Origin: Chloroflexota bacterium
GTDB lineage: Bacteria; Chloroflexota; Dehalococcoidia; Dehalococcoidales; UBA2162
Reading direction: 5' to 3'
NCBI GenBank assembly: GCA_043812795.1
Contig: JBDRLU010000042.1
Coordinates: forward strand, 13,903-77,902
DNA: 64,000 nt
Made by a program: the position numbers and the translations under genes. This document shows, in pieces, positions 55,580-64,000 of this stretch. Numbering within the stretch: position 1 is the stretch's first letter; each line of letters opens with the position of its first letter. The notes under the pieces are model-generated. The model was not told where the DNA came from. It saw nothing but the letters and a program-made list of their open reading frames with translations, and ran no database searches.

Positions 55580-56557
55580 TTAGTTGTTTAAGGTATAGGT
55601 CATTCCGTTGCCCTGAGTTCCCTTTTTGACCTTGCCTTTATTCTCCAGGTACTTCAAATGTGAGATAGCCTCACCAAAAGCAAACCATTTTTGATGTGCT
55701 GGGAATTCGTCCCATGTTTCGTAGCTCATGTCCCACGTCATGCGTGAGGCTACGTGATAGCCATCCAGGGAGCCTTTGTCCAGAATAGAGAGAACCTCGT
55801 TGGCCCTTTTCTCATGATGTTTCTTCAACTCTCGAATCCGCTTCTGGCAATCCTTAAACCGGCGCCGGTGCCCGGGTAAGACCAGCTTAATATCCAGCCC
55901 GTAGACTTTATCCAGACTGCTCAGGTATTCACTCAGCGGGTCTTCGCTGTCCGACCAGAGGGAAATGTTGGGAGTGATATCAATAAGAATATGGTCGCCG
56001 GAAACAAGGATTTTGCGGTCGGCTTCGTACAGGCACATGTGGCCCCGGGTATGTCCCGGCGTCTCAATACATCTGAAGGAATAATCGCCAGCTTTGACAG
56101 TGTCGCCTTCTTTCAGGATGCGAAAAGCGATGTCTTCTTTGCCGGTATAAATACGGGCGGGGTGGTTCTGAATGGCTTTTTGGCGCTCCTCCGGCGGGAA
56201 ACCGTTCTGGTCGGCAAAGGCCGCATTTCTTTCCCAGGAGCTGCCCATTTTAAGCAGGGCATTGGCATCAGCCCGGTTAAAATAGATAGCTGACGACTCG
56301 GTAGCAAGACGGGCAACGAGGCCGACATGATCGGCATGGATATGAGTGATGAAGAAATCGGTTTTCTTTAGGTCGATACCCAGCTCGTCCAAGCCAGCCG
56401 ACATAGCGCTATAACATTCGTCACGGTTCATCCCGGTATCGATAATCAGGTTACGCCCGTTCCCTTTAATCACATAAGAATTGAGTGCCCTCAGGGGGTT
56501 GCCGGGAAGGGGCACCTCGATTTTGTACAGATTAGTCAAGACTTTTCTGATTGCCAT
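55580..56557 (-). CDS. MBL-fold metallo-hydrolase
   Basis: 325 aa with the THIHADHVG motif. Confidence 0.8.
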   Translation of the reverse strand: MAIRKVLTNLYKIEVPLPGNPLRALNSYVIKGNGRNLIIDTGMNRDECYSAMSAGLDELGIDLKKTDFFITHIHADHVGLVARLATESSAIYFNRADANALLKMGSSWERNAAFADQNGFPPEERQKAIQNHPARIYTGKEDIAFRILKEGDTVKAGDYSFRCIETPGHTRGHMCLYEADRKILVSGDHILIDITPNISLWSDSEDPLSEYLSSLDKVYGLDIKLVLPGHRRRFKDCQKRIRELKKHHEKRANEVLSILDKGSLDGYHVASRMTWDMSYETWDEFPAHQKWFAFGEAISHLKYLENKGKVKKGTQGNGMTYTLNN

Positions 56558-56683
56558 CCTGCCTCCACGAATTCATGATTTCTGCCGCCGCCCTGGTATG
56601 CTGAGGCCGACGAAAGGATGCCAGCTAGTGTACCACTCTTTTAGTTGGGTGTAAAGAAAATATTCTCTTCTTGGCTGCAATCT

Positions 56684-56887
56684 TCAATCATATTGAAAAA
56701 CTTCTTCGATGGGCACTCCAAAAGCTTGAGCGATTCTAAAAGCCAGTTCGATAGATGGAACGTATTTGCCCTGCTCCAGAGCGATGATAGTCTGCCGGGT
56801 GCAGCCGGCGAGATTAGCCAGTTCTTCCTGTGTCATCTCGTTATGGTCGAAACGTAACTTTCTAATCCGGTTCTTTATTCTACCCAT
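56684..56887 (-). CDS. XRE-family helix-turn-helix transcriptional regulator
   Basis: 67 aa with [36 protein letters not shown]. Confidence 0.85.
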   Translation of the reverse strand: MGRIKNRIRKLRFDHNEMTQEELANLAGCTRQTIIALEQGKYVPSIELAFRIAQAFGVPIEEVFQYD

Positions 56888-57317
56888 CGCGGTTCATTCT
56901 CCAGTAAACCAGCAGAATACCAAGAGACTGAGCCAGGACACTGACAATTAGTGTGGATATGAATATCAAGTTCAAGAATGCGACTGGTACTTGTCCCTGG
57001 TCCCGATAAATTTCGGTCAGTGCAATCGTCCAGGCGACCAACGTAAATATCACCGCCAGATATTGAACCCGGCCGGACCTTTCCATAATGAGCCGGTCAC
57101 GTTCATCAACCTGTGTTGGCTTGCGGAGAGTCAGGTTAACCAATACGAGGTATATTAGTGGTACTCCAATCATTGCGGCATACATAATCAGCCTGATGTT
57201 CAAGTTTCTCTCAAAGGCAGTAACATCGCCTTGAGCTACCAGGACAGCGATGAGAATGATAGTGAGAATAAGTCCGATAACCAAGCTGTATAACGCTCTT
57301 TTTTGTAGTGGCGCCAT
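56880..57317 (-). CDS. small integral membrane protein co-transcribed with the XRE regulator
   Basis: 145 aa with four hydrophobic segments. Overlaps the XRE start by 8 nt. RBS aaaggagg. Confidence 0.6.
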   Translation of the reverse strand: MAPLQKRALYSLVIGLILTIILIAVLVAQGDVTAFERNLNIRLIMYAAMIGVPLIYLVLVNLTLRKPTQVDERDRLIMERSGRVQYLAVIFTLVAWTIALTEIYRDQGQVPVAFLNLIFISTLIVSVLAQSLGILLVYWRMNRDG

Positions 57318-57359
57318 TATCTTACCTCCTTTAAGCCTTCCATCTATAGTATCTTATCC

Positions 57360-57408
57360 ATTACATATAGTAATATATAAATTACATCTTGTCAAGTATA
57401 CATTACAT
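57360..57408 (-). promoter_or_regulatory. near-consensus promoter interleaved with three ATTACAT repeats at 21 bp phasing
   Basis: Minus strand has TTGACA (57395-57390), a 17 nt spacer, then TACTAT (57372-57367). ATTACAT occurs at 57360, 57381 and 57402. Confidence 0.5.
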
Positions 57409-57500
57409 TGGGTCTTGGCGAAGCCATTCCAGTACATCAAAAACAAGATGAAATCTTTTTTGCAGACTGGCCCGGAAAAGTGCTAACATAAAACGGTGAG

Positions 57501-57887
57501 GTGATGAATCGAATGGATACTTGCCCCGTATGTCACAATAAGGTAAGTGAAACCGCTAAGTTCTGTCCCGAATGTGGTACCCGGCTCACCGGGGGAACGG
57601 CTAACTCGGCATGGATTGCGGCGATGCAAGAGAGGATAAGACACACCAAGGAAAATGACTTGTACTACATAATATTCGCTGCCGTAGGCGCAGTAACTGC
57701 GATTGTGATTCCCTACGTCACTCGCTTCGTTTTGAGGTTCCGGATGGATGGTATAAGCTGGCTGCTTACCTTGGTGGGCATACTATTTTTTATCGGTGGT
57801 TTTCTAGGAACCTGGTATAGCGACAGGAAAGTAAAGGAGTTGATAGAGGACCTGGAGAAGGGACCGGGCCAGGAACATCTGCCGTAA
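57501..57887 (+). CDS. zinc-ribbon membrane protein
   Basis: CPVCHNKV...CPECG N-terminus followed by two TM segments. 128 aa. Confidence 0.55.
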   Translation: MMNRMDTCPVCHNKVSETAKFCPECGTRLTGGTANSAWIAAMQERIRHTKENDLYYIIFAAVGAVTAIVIPYVTRFVLRFRMDGISWLLTLVGILFFIGGFLGTWYSDRKVKELIEDLEKGPGQEHLP

Positions 57888-58089
57888 CCCTTCTTTCAGT
57901 ATCGACCACTAAAGTGCGCGTCCGGTTATGCCATCTATCGCTGTTATGTGATGTTACCGCTGTTAAAGCTTCTGCTAAGTTCATCACCATCCTCTGTTTT
58001 CGACAGTGCTGCGGCCCTCACATGGCAATCGATTTGCACTGAACTAACCGGGCCACTACAATAATCGTTAATCTTTAGAAGAAAAAAGT

Positions 58090-59106
58090 ATGCAACGTAG
58101 AAAGAAGAAAATTCAGCAAGCATTAGAGAAGGAAGCTGGGGCGGAGATTACCGTTAAAACCCCGTCAAAGAGCCGAACGGTATTTCTGGCTATTTCGGTA
58201 GTGGCAGTCATCATGCTGATTATCGGTGGAGTCCTCTATTATCGCTCCAATGTTGCTCCCTTTCAGCGTCCGGTGATGATGATAGACGACACCGCCATCT
58301 CAATGGGCTATTTTTTGAAGAGAGTCAAGCTATCCGGTAGCGACTACGTGTCTACGCTGAACCAGCTGGTTTACGAACAAATTATCAAACAGGAAGCACC
58401 GCGGTTCGGGATAGAAGTGACCCCGGAGGATGTCGATAATAACCTGCTTTATACAGCCGGCACGAGTAATAGCGAGAATACTACTGCGGACACTACCATG
58501 AATATCACGGAAGCTGAATTTAAGAAATGGTACCGCCAGCAGCTCGACCAGACCCGACTTTCCGATGCGGAATACAAAGACCTGGTCCGCACCAACATGT
58601 TAGCCGCCGGCCTCCACCAGTTGCTGGCGGATAACATACCTACGAGCAGTGAGCAGATTCATCTCAATGTTATCGTGTTAGCCAACTCTAAGGATGCCGC
58701 TGCCGCCAAGTCAAGAATCGAAGCTGGGGAAAGTTTTGCGGCGGTCGCCCGTGAGGTGTCGCTAGATGCCCAATCCAAGGAAAATGGTGGCGAGATTGGT
58801 TGGGTACCCCGGGGCGTTGTTCCCCATGATGACGTTACTTTCAGTCTCGATATCGGGATAGTCAGTGACCCGGTGGTGAGTGACCCGACGCAGCCTGCCA
58901 GTCAGTATCTTCTCTTTATGGTTTCAGAAAAAGCTCCTGACCGTGAGATAGATGAGGGCCCCCTGCAGGTACTTAAGTCCAGAGTTTTATACGACTGGCT
59001 TGATCAGGAAGTACAATACCACACTATTGATGTAACCTATGATTTTAACGACACGCAGAATCAAGCCTGGATTGACTGGCAACTGGCTAAAATGTCGCCA
59101 AAATAA
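58090..59106 (+). CDS. membrane-anchored parvulin-type peptidyl-prolyl isomerase (PrsA/SurA-like)
   Basis: 338 aa with an N-terminal TM and a PPIC-type domain (HLNVIVLANSKDAAAAKSRIEAGESFAAVAREVSLD...GGEIGWV). Confidence 0.75.
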   Translation: MQRRKKKIQQALEKEAGAEITVKTPSKSRTVFLAISVVAVIMLIIGGVLYYRSNVAPFQRPVMMIDDTAISMGYFLKRVKLSGSDYVSTLNQLVYEQIIKQEAPRFGIEVTPEDVDNNLLYTAGTSNSENTTADTTMNITEAEFKKWYRQQLDQTRLSDAEYKDLVRTNMLAAGLHQLLADNIPTSSEQIHLNVIVLANSKDAAAAKSRIEAGESFAAVAREVSLDAQSKENGGEIGWVPRGVVPHDDVTFSLDIGIVSDPVVSDPTQPASQYLLFMVSEKAPDREIDEGPLQVLKSRVLYDWLDQEVQYHTIDVTYDFNDTQNQAWIDWQLAKMSPK

Positions 59107-59231
59107 CCGGACGGCCATCGTAATCGTCAAGATTTAATCGTACCGTCACTTCCCCTGGATAAATCCTAACATTGAGAACCCTGTGGTCCGCCTGGTTTGA
59201 CACGCAGTTTCTTCTACCCTAGAGTATAGAT

Positions 59232-59605
59232 GGGTCAAGTGGACCGGGTGACCGCTCCCTTCATCGAAGGGGGAGGAAAGTCCGAACTCCACCGGGCAGG
59301 ATGCTGGGTAACGCCCAGGAGGGGTGACCCTACGGAAAGTGCCACAGAAACATACCGCCAGCGGTCCTTCTTCGGAAGGATGCGGGCAAGGTTGAAATGG
59401 CGAGGTAAGAGCTCACCAGCGGACCGGGTAACCGGCCGGCTGGGCAAACCCCATCCGGAGCAAGACCAAATAGAGGGACGTAAGGATGCCCGGCCTGTCC
59501 CCGGGTTGGTCGCTTGAGCCCGATGGTAACATCGGGCCTAGAGGGATGGTCACCGTCCTTCACTTGTGAAGGACACAGAATTCGGCTTACAGGTCCACTT
59601 GACCC
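59232..59605 (+). ncRNA. rnpB: RNase P RNA, bacterial type A
   Basis: P1 pairing gggtcaagtggacc/ggtccacttgaccc. Conserved GGAGGAAAGTCCG, AGTGCCACAGAAA and ACAGAAttCGGCTTA blocks. ORFs over it are spurious. Confidence 0.9.
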
Positions 59606-59701
59606 TTTTTATGCGCCTGTCTGAGCCGTTCCTCTGTTTAAGACCACGGCGATAGTGTTATACTTGAGAATCCAGCAACTGTCTTAAGGAGAACGAGGGC
59701 C

Positions 59702-60841
59702 ATGTCAAAGAGAATAAATATTATCGCATTAGTATTACTATTGCTGGTTAGCCTGAATCTAGCTTCGGTCGTGGGGTGTGACCTCATCCCAAACCCGGCA
59801 GTACCATCCGGACAAGCCCCAGGTGTTGTTAACGAGGCATGGTCGCTTATTTTCCAGGACTATGTGACCAAAGATAAACTGGATGCCGAGAAGCTGGCCC
59901 AGGGAGCCGTCACGGGCATGGTCGATGCCCTCAATGACCCTTATAGTGCCTATCTACCCCCTGATACTTACCGATTGACCGAAAGCGACCTGCAGGGTAA
60001 ATTTAATGGCATTGGTGCGGTTGTTACCATTAGGGATAATCAACCCACAGTGGTGATGCCTTTTCCAGATTCACCAGCCGAAAAGGCCGGCATTCAGACA
60101 GGCGATGTCATCCTGGCTATCGATGATAATTCGACAGAAGGAACGAGTCTTGAAGAGACCGTATTACGCATCCGTGGTCCGAAAGGGACTTCGGTAAAGC
60201 TTCTCATTTTACATGAGGGCGAGATTCAGCCGCAGGAAATAGAAGTTATCCGGGCGGAAATAACTGTCCACAGCGTACTTTTTGAAATGCGCGGTGACAT
60301 CGCTTATATCCGGCTGCTTACTTTCTCCGAAAATACCGATATCGAACTTATCTCGGTACTGGGCAACGTTACGCAGGCTAAGGCGACGGGTATTGTCCTT
60401 GACTTACGTCGGAATTTGGGAGGCCTGGTGGATTCGGTGACCGATGTCGCCAGCCACTTTTTACACGAGGGAGTCGTGGCTTATCTGGTAGATAACCAGG
60501 AAAAAGAAGAGGTCTATTCGGTAAGACCGGCCCAGGTAACCACCGACCTGCCCATAGTCGTCCTGACGGACAATTTTACCGCCAGCGCCAGTGAACTGCT
60601 GGCAGGAGCTCTGCAAGACTATGACCGGGCTATTGTTGCTGGCAAACTTACTTACGGTAAAGGTAGCGCCAATACTCTTTACCCGTTGAGTGATGGTTCC
60701 GGCCTGTATCTCACTACCGCCCGCTGGTACACGCCTGACCGCCGTCTCATCGAAGGTAAGGGGATTGAACCAGACTATCCACTGACTCTGGAAGGGGACG
60801 ACCTTGTCCAGTGGGCGATAGATTACCTGAACGGCAAATGA
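59702..60841 (+). CDS. S41-family C-terminal processing peptidase with PDZ domain
   Basis: 379 aa with a signal/lipobox-like N-terminus, a PDZ domain (PAEKAGIQTGDVILAID) and the active-site region (DLRRNLGG, TASASE). Confidence 0.85.
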   Translation: MSKRINIIALVLLLLVSLNLASVVGCDLIPNPAVPSGQAPGVVNEAWSLIFQDYVTKDKLDAEKLAQGAVTGMVDALNDPYSAYLPPDTYRLTESDLQGKFNGIGAVVTIRDNQPTVVMPFPDSPAEKAGIQTGDVILAIDDNSTEGTSLEETVLRIRGPKGTSVKLLILHEGEIQPQEIEVIRAEITVHSVLFEMRGDIAYIRLLTFSENTDIELISVLGNVTQAKATGIVLDLRRNLGGLVDSVTDVASHFLHEGVVAYLVDNQEKEEVYSVRPAQVTTDLPIVVLTDNFTASASELLAGALQDYDRAIVAGKLTYGKGSANTLYPLSDGSGLYLTTARWYTPDRRLIEGKGIEPDYPLTLEGDDLVQWAIDYLNGK

Positions 60842-60868
60842 TGCGGTGAATGTTAGCTGACTACCTGG

Positions 60869-61378
60869 TTATGAACTCATACCGGACTCAGGTTCAGGCT
60901 GGGGTTTCGGCGGCTCGATTTTGCGCAGCTTATCCGGGCTTTCCAGATGGTCGATATAAAGCACACCGTTTATATGGTCGATTTCGTGTTCCAACGCTTC
61001 GGCCAGCAGCTCCTCTCCCTTAATCCGTATCTCTTTGCCGCTCCGGTCAAGCCCTTTGACAGTTACCGAGGTAGCGCGCTTAATCTCACCGACGTAGCCG
61101 GGGACGCTGAGACAGCCTTCGTTTAAAATTCGTTCCCCTTTTCTCCGCACTATCATCGGATTGATGAGAATGATTTCTTCCTGCTCGGGCAGGCCAATCA
61201 CAATCACGCGCAGGGAAACGCCGACCTGCGGTGCGGCCAGCCCGACTCCGGAAGCATCATGCATCGTCTCAATCATATCGTTGATGAGCTTCTTTATGGA
61301 GCGGTCAATCGAGGTCACCCGTTTCGCCTTTTGCCGCAGTACCGGGTCGGGTGCTTTACGAATGGGAAGAATAGCCAT
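60869..61378 (-). CDS. def: peptide deformylase
   Basis: 169 aa with GVGLAAPQ, EGCLS and HEIDH motifs. Confidence 0.95.
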   Translation of the reverse strand: MAILPIRKAPDPVLRQKAKRVTSIDRSIKKLINDMIETMHDASGVGLAAPQVGVSLRVIVIGLPEQEEIILINPMIVRRKGERILNEGCLSVPGYVGEIKRATSVTVKGLDRSGKEIRIKGEELLAEALEHEIDHINGVLYIDHLESPDKLRKIEPPKPQPEPESGMSS

Positions 61379-61401
61379 CTATCTCTCCTGCTATTTTAGT
61401 G

Positions 61402-63827
61402 CTATAGTCCCACGGGGTCAATATCTATTGACCACCCCGGCGGGATATCGAGCGGCTCAAGGAAGTGAGAAAGGTCGGTGCCGCGCAATATTAACTGCCA
61501 GCGGAACCTGCCCCGCAAGCGGGGAATGAAGGCCGGCGCCGGCCCGATGATATTCAGGTCAGCAATGCCACGGATATCCTTCTCGTTGATAATGAGGTTC
61601 TTCATTCGCTCGGCTTCTCGCTGGCCGAAGTTACTATTAGTGTGGGTATAGACCAGGCTGGCCAGCTGGCGGAACGGCGGGTTGCGCAACTGGCGGCGGA
61701 AAGCAATTTCTTTCTCATAGAAGAGGGTATAATTGTGCTTGGCGGCTGCCCGGACGGCATAATGCTCCGGGGAATAGGTCTGGATAATAACCCGTCCGCC
61801 CCGGGCACCGCGTCCGGCTCTACCGGCGACCTGGCTCAATAACTGGAAAGTCCTCTCTCCGGCACGAAAATCGGGCAGGTTCAGGCCGGTATCGGCATTA
61901 ATGACACCGACCAGGGTAACGTCGGGCAGGTCGAGGCCTTTGCTGACCATCTGTGTCCCGATGAGAATATCCGCCTCATGGGCACGAAATTTGTTCAATA
62001 TTACCTGGTGGGAATTCTTCCCTGTAATAACGTCGCTGTCCCAGCGCAACAACCTGGCGGCGGGGAAAGTACGGCTTAGTTCCTGTTCCAGCTTTTCCGT
62101 TCCGGTGCCGAGAAATTTTATCCGCGGGCTGGAACATTGCGGGCAGGTGTATGGGACAGCCATTCGGTAGTTACACGATGGCAGACCAACGCATTTTCGG
62201 CCGAGTGATAAGTAAGAGGTACCTCACAACGACGGCAACGGAAAACAAAACCACAATTACGGCATTGAATGAAGGTAGCCCCTCCCCTCCGGTTGAGGAA
62301 AAGAATTACCTGCTCCTTGTTCGCTATAGCGTTACCGATAGCTTGATACAGAGAGCGGCTGAATAGACTCCGGTTGCCGGCTTTAAGCTCTTCCCTCAAA
62401 TCGACTACCTCCACCTTGGGGAGAGGCGAACTTTCGGTGGGGGTAACCCGCTCGGTCAGTCCCAGCAGCTCATAATCGCCTCTCTGGGCGTGATAGAAAG
62501 TCTCGACGTCGGGCGTCGCGCTGCCCAGCACCACGGCCGCGCTGGTCAATTCGGCCAACTTTAAGGCAACGTCACGAGCATGGTACCGCGGCGATTTATC
62601 CGACTGCTTGTAGTTCCATTCATGTTCCTCATCAATAATGATAAGGCCCAGGCCGGGCTGCGGCGCAAAAAGAGCACTGCGCGGCCCGATGACCACATCC
62701 ACTTCTCCCTGCTTAATCCGCTGCCATTCATCGAATTGTTCACCCAGAGAGAGCTGGCTGTGCAGGACAGCCACCCTACCCGGGAAGCGCGCCGCAAAAC
62801 GTTCTATGGTCTGGGGAGTGAGGGCAATTTCCGGGACCAGGACAATGCCCCGCTTGCCCAGCCTGACGGCTTCGGCTAAAGCCTGGAGATAAATTTCAGT
62901 CTTACCACTGCCGGTAACGCCGTGTAAAAGAAAAACGGACGGCTTCTTTAGCGCATCTTTTAGACTCGACTGAATAGCTTTGAAAGCTGACGCCTGTGCC
63001 CCGGTAAGAGGTAACGGCAGGGACATAGCGATGCCCTGGCGGGCCAATGGGTCGCGTCTTACCGCCAAGCTCCGGACAGTGACCAGTCCTTTCTTAACGA
63101 GGGCGTTGGTGGTGGCTCTGTCCGCGCCCGCCTGCTTTCGGGCTTCACTCTGTGGTACCGGTCCCGGCTGCTGCGCCAGAAAGTCGAGGAGCACTGCCTG
63201 TTTCCTGGCCTTTCTGCTCAATTCAGCGATAGCTTGCCGAGCTTGCTCCTGAGCGACGGCCAGGCTGAGATAAAGCTCTTCCTTTACTTTTACCTTGATT
63301 GGCTCGAGCTCATAACTTCTGGTAACCATCCCCTGCCTGACCAGTTGGGCAATAATGGTCTGTGCCTTTTTCTTACCCAGGGTCTTCTCTAACTGTCTAA
63401 GGCCGATTTTACCTGTTGGCGGTATTAAACCAAGAGCGTGCTTTTGTTCGGAGGTAAGCGAGGGTAAGAGGTCCTTAGCAGTGGGGGATAGCGAGATAAA
63501 GGTGAGTGCCTTCCGCTCGAACCCGGGCGGCAACATCAAAGCTACGGCGTCGAAAAGTGGCGATAAGTAGTACTGGCTTAGCCAGCGGGCTAATTGCGCC
63601 CGGGCGGAGGATAATAGCGGCGCCGGCTCAATAAGGTCGGCGATATCTTTTGTTTTTTCTACTGACGGGTAATCGGTAAGCTCCAGAACAATGCCCTGAA
63701 GTAGTTTCTCACCAAAAGGGGCCCAGACTGCCTGTCCCACACTTACACTAAGGTGCGGTGGAATGGCATAGCTGAATGTGTGGCGTCGCGCTGCTGGGGA
63801 ATTGACACAGACCTCAGCATACCCCAT
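61402..63827 (-). pseudogene. priA: primosomal protein N' (PriA) split by an apparent 1-nt deletion inside the zinc-finger region, or an assembly error
   Basis: ORF 62118..63827 carries helicase motifs (HGVTGSGKTE, DEEH) and ends ...LVCHRVTTEW. ORF 61402..62163 begins MAVPYTCPQCSS. The other frame reads SCNYRMAVPYTCPQC. Confidence 0.8.
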
Positions 63828-63853
63828 TTGTACTCCAGCGAGGTAGCCGTAAA

Positions 63854-64000
63854 CTACGGTTTTTCTGCTTCAGGTGAAGGTTCTGATGCTGCAGGTTCCG
63901 CTTCTGGTTCCACTGCCGCCGATGCAGTTTCTTCCATTTCTGCCTCGGCCAGTGTGGGCATTACTTCCGCCTCGGCTTCGGTTACCCGTCTTTCTTTGAT
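63854..64000 (-). CDS. 3' end of an unidentified gene (acidic Ala/Glu/Pro-rich tail)
   Basis: The minus strand is open from the window edge to TAG (63856-63854): ...EAEVMPTLAEAEMEETASAAVEPEAEPAASEPSPEAEKP*. It ends 26 nt upstream of the priA start. Confidence 0.3.
   Translation of the reverse strand: MKERRVTEAEAEVMPTLAEAEMEETASAAVEPEAEPAASEPSPEAEKP

Noticed and set aside
59230-59563. ORFs 59230..59517(+), 59235..59447(-) and 59330..59563(-).
   Set aside because: They overlap the RNase P RNA gene, whose conserved sequence blocks and P1 pairing explain this region.
1-64000. CRISPR arrays, tRNA genes, rRNA genes, transposases and integrases.
   Set aside because: Reading the window, I found no regularly spaced direct repeats with unique spacers, no tRNA-like T-arm (GGTTCGAAxCC) contexts, no rRNA-like sequence and no recognisable transposase or recombinase ORF.

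Overview
This 64 kb window is a chromosomal segment from an anaerobic bacterium. Gene content and the intergenic repeat types suggest a Chloroflexota/Dehalococcoidia-like organism, but that is inference I cannot verify here. All calls come from reading the ORF track and the sequence; no database or HMM search was run. The layout is as follows. (1) At 1.6-21.4 kb, about 17 co-directional genes form one Wood-Ljungdahl operon: cooC, fhs, RACo/acsV, cooC, two folD paralogs, a 72 aa ORF, acsD, acsA, acsB, acsC, acsE, [NiFe]-hydrogenase small and large subunits, metV, metF and a DUF3786-like gene. (2) mobA, ccdA and a tlpA-like thioredoxin follow. (3) Next is a methylmalonyl-CoA cluster: mutase large and B12 subunits, epimerase and carboxyltransferase. 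(4) At 28-41.5 kb are three signal-less molybdopterin oxidoreductases, two of them with DmsB-like subunits. They are interleaved with efp-epmA, a transglutaminase-like gene, an MFS transporter and a gamma-glutamyltransferase. (5) A patch of small Zn-ribbon/Cys-cluster proteins and a tandem Usp follows. (6) The shikimate/aromatic operon aroB-D-E-K-A-C-pheA...tyrA lies on the minus strand. It is split by a ~2.9 kb AT-rich islet bounded by repeated copies of the pheA 3' end, and the islet carries decayed hicAB modules. (7) The right end holds an MBL hydrolase, a small XRE operon with phased operator repeats, a PPIase, RNase P RNA, an S41 protease, def and a frameshifted priA. The leads I rate highest are three. 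First, a Tat-less [NiFe]-hydrogenase lacking the C-terminal extension is wedged between acsE and metVF. Second, the tandem FolD paralogs have complementary loss of catalytic and cofactor motifs. Third, the pheA 3' end appears to be an integration hotspot. No CRISPR array, tRNA or rRNA was seen.
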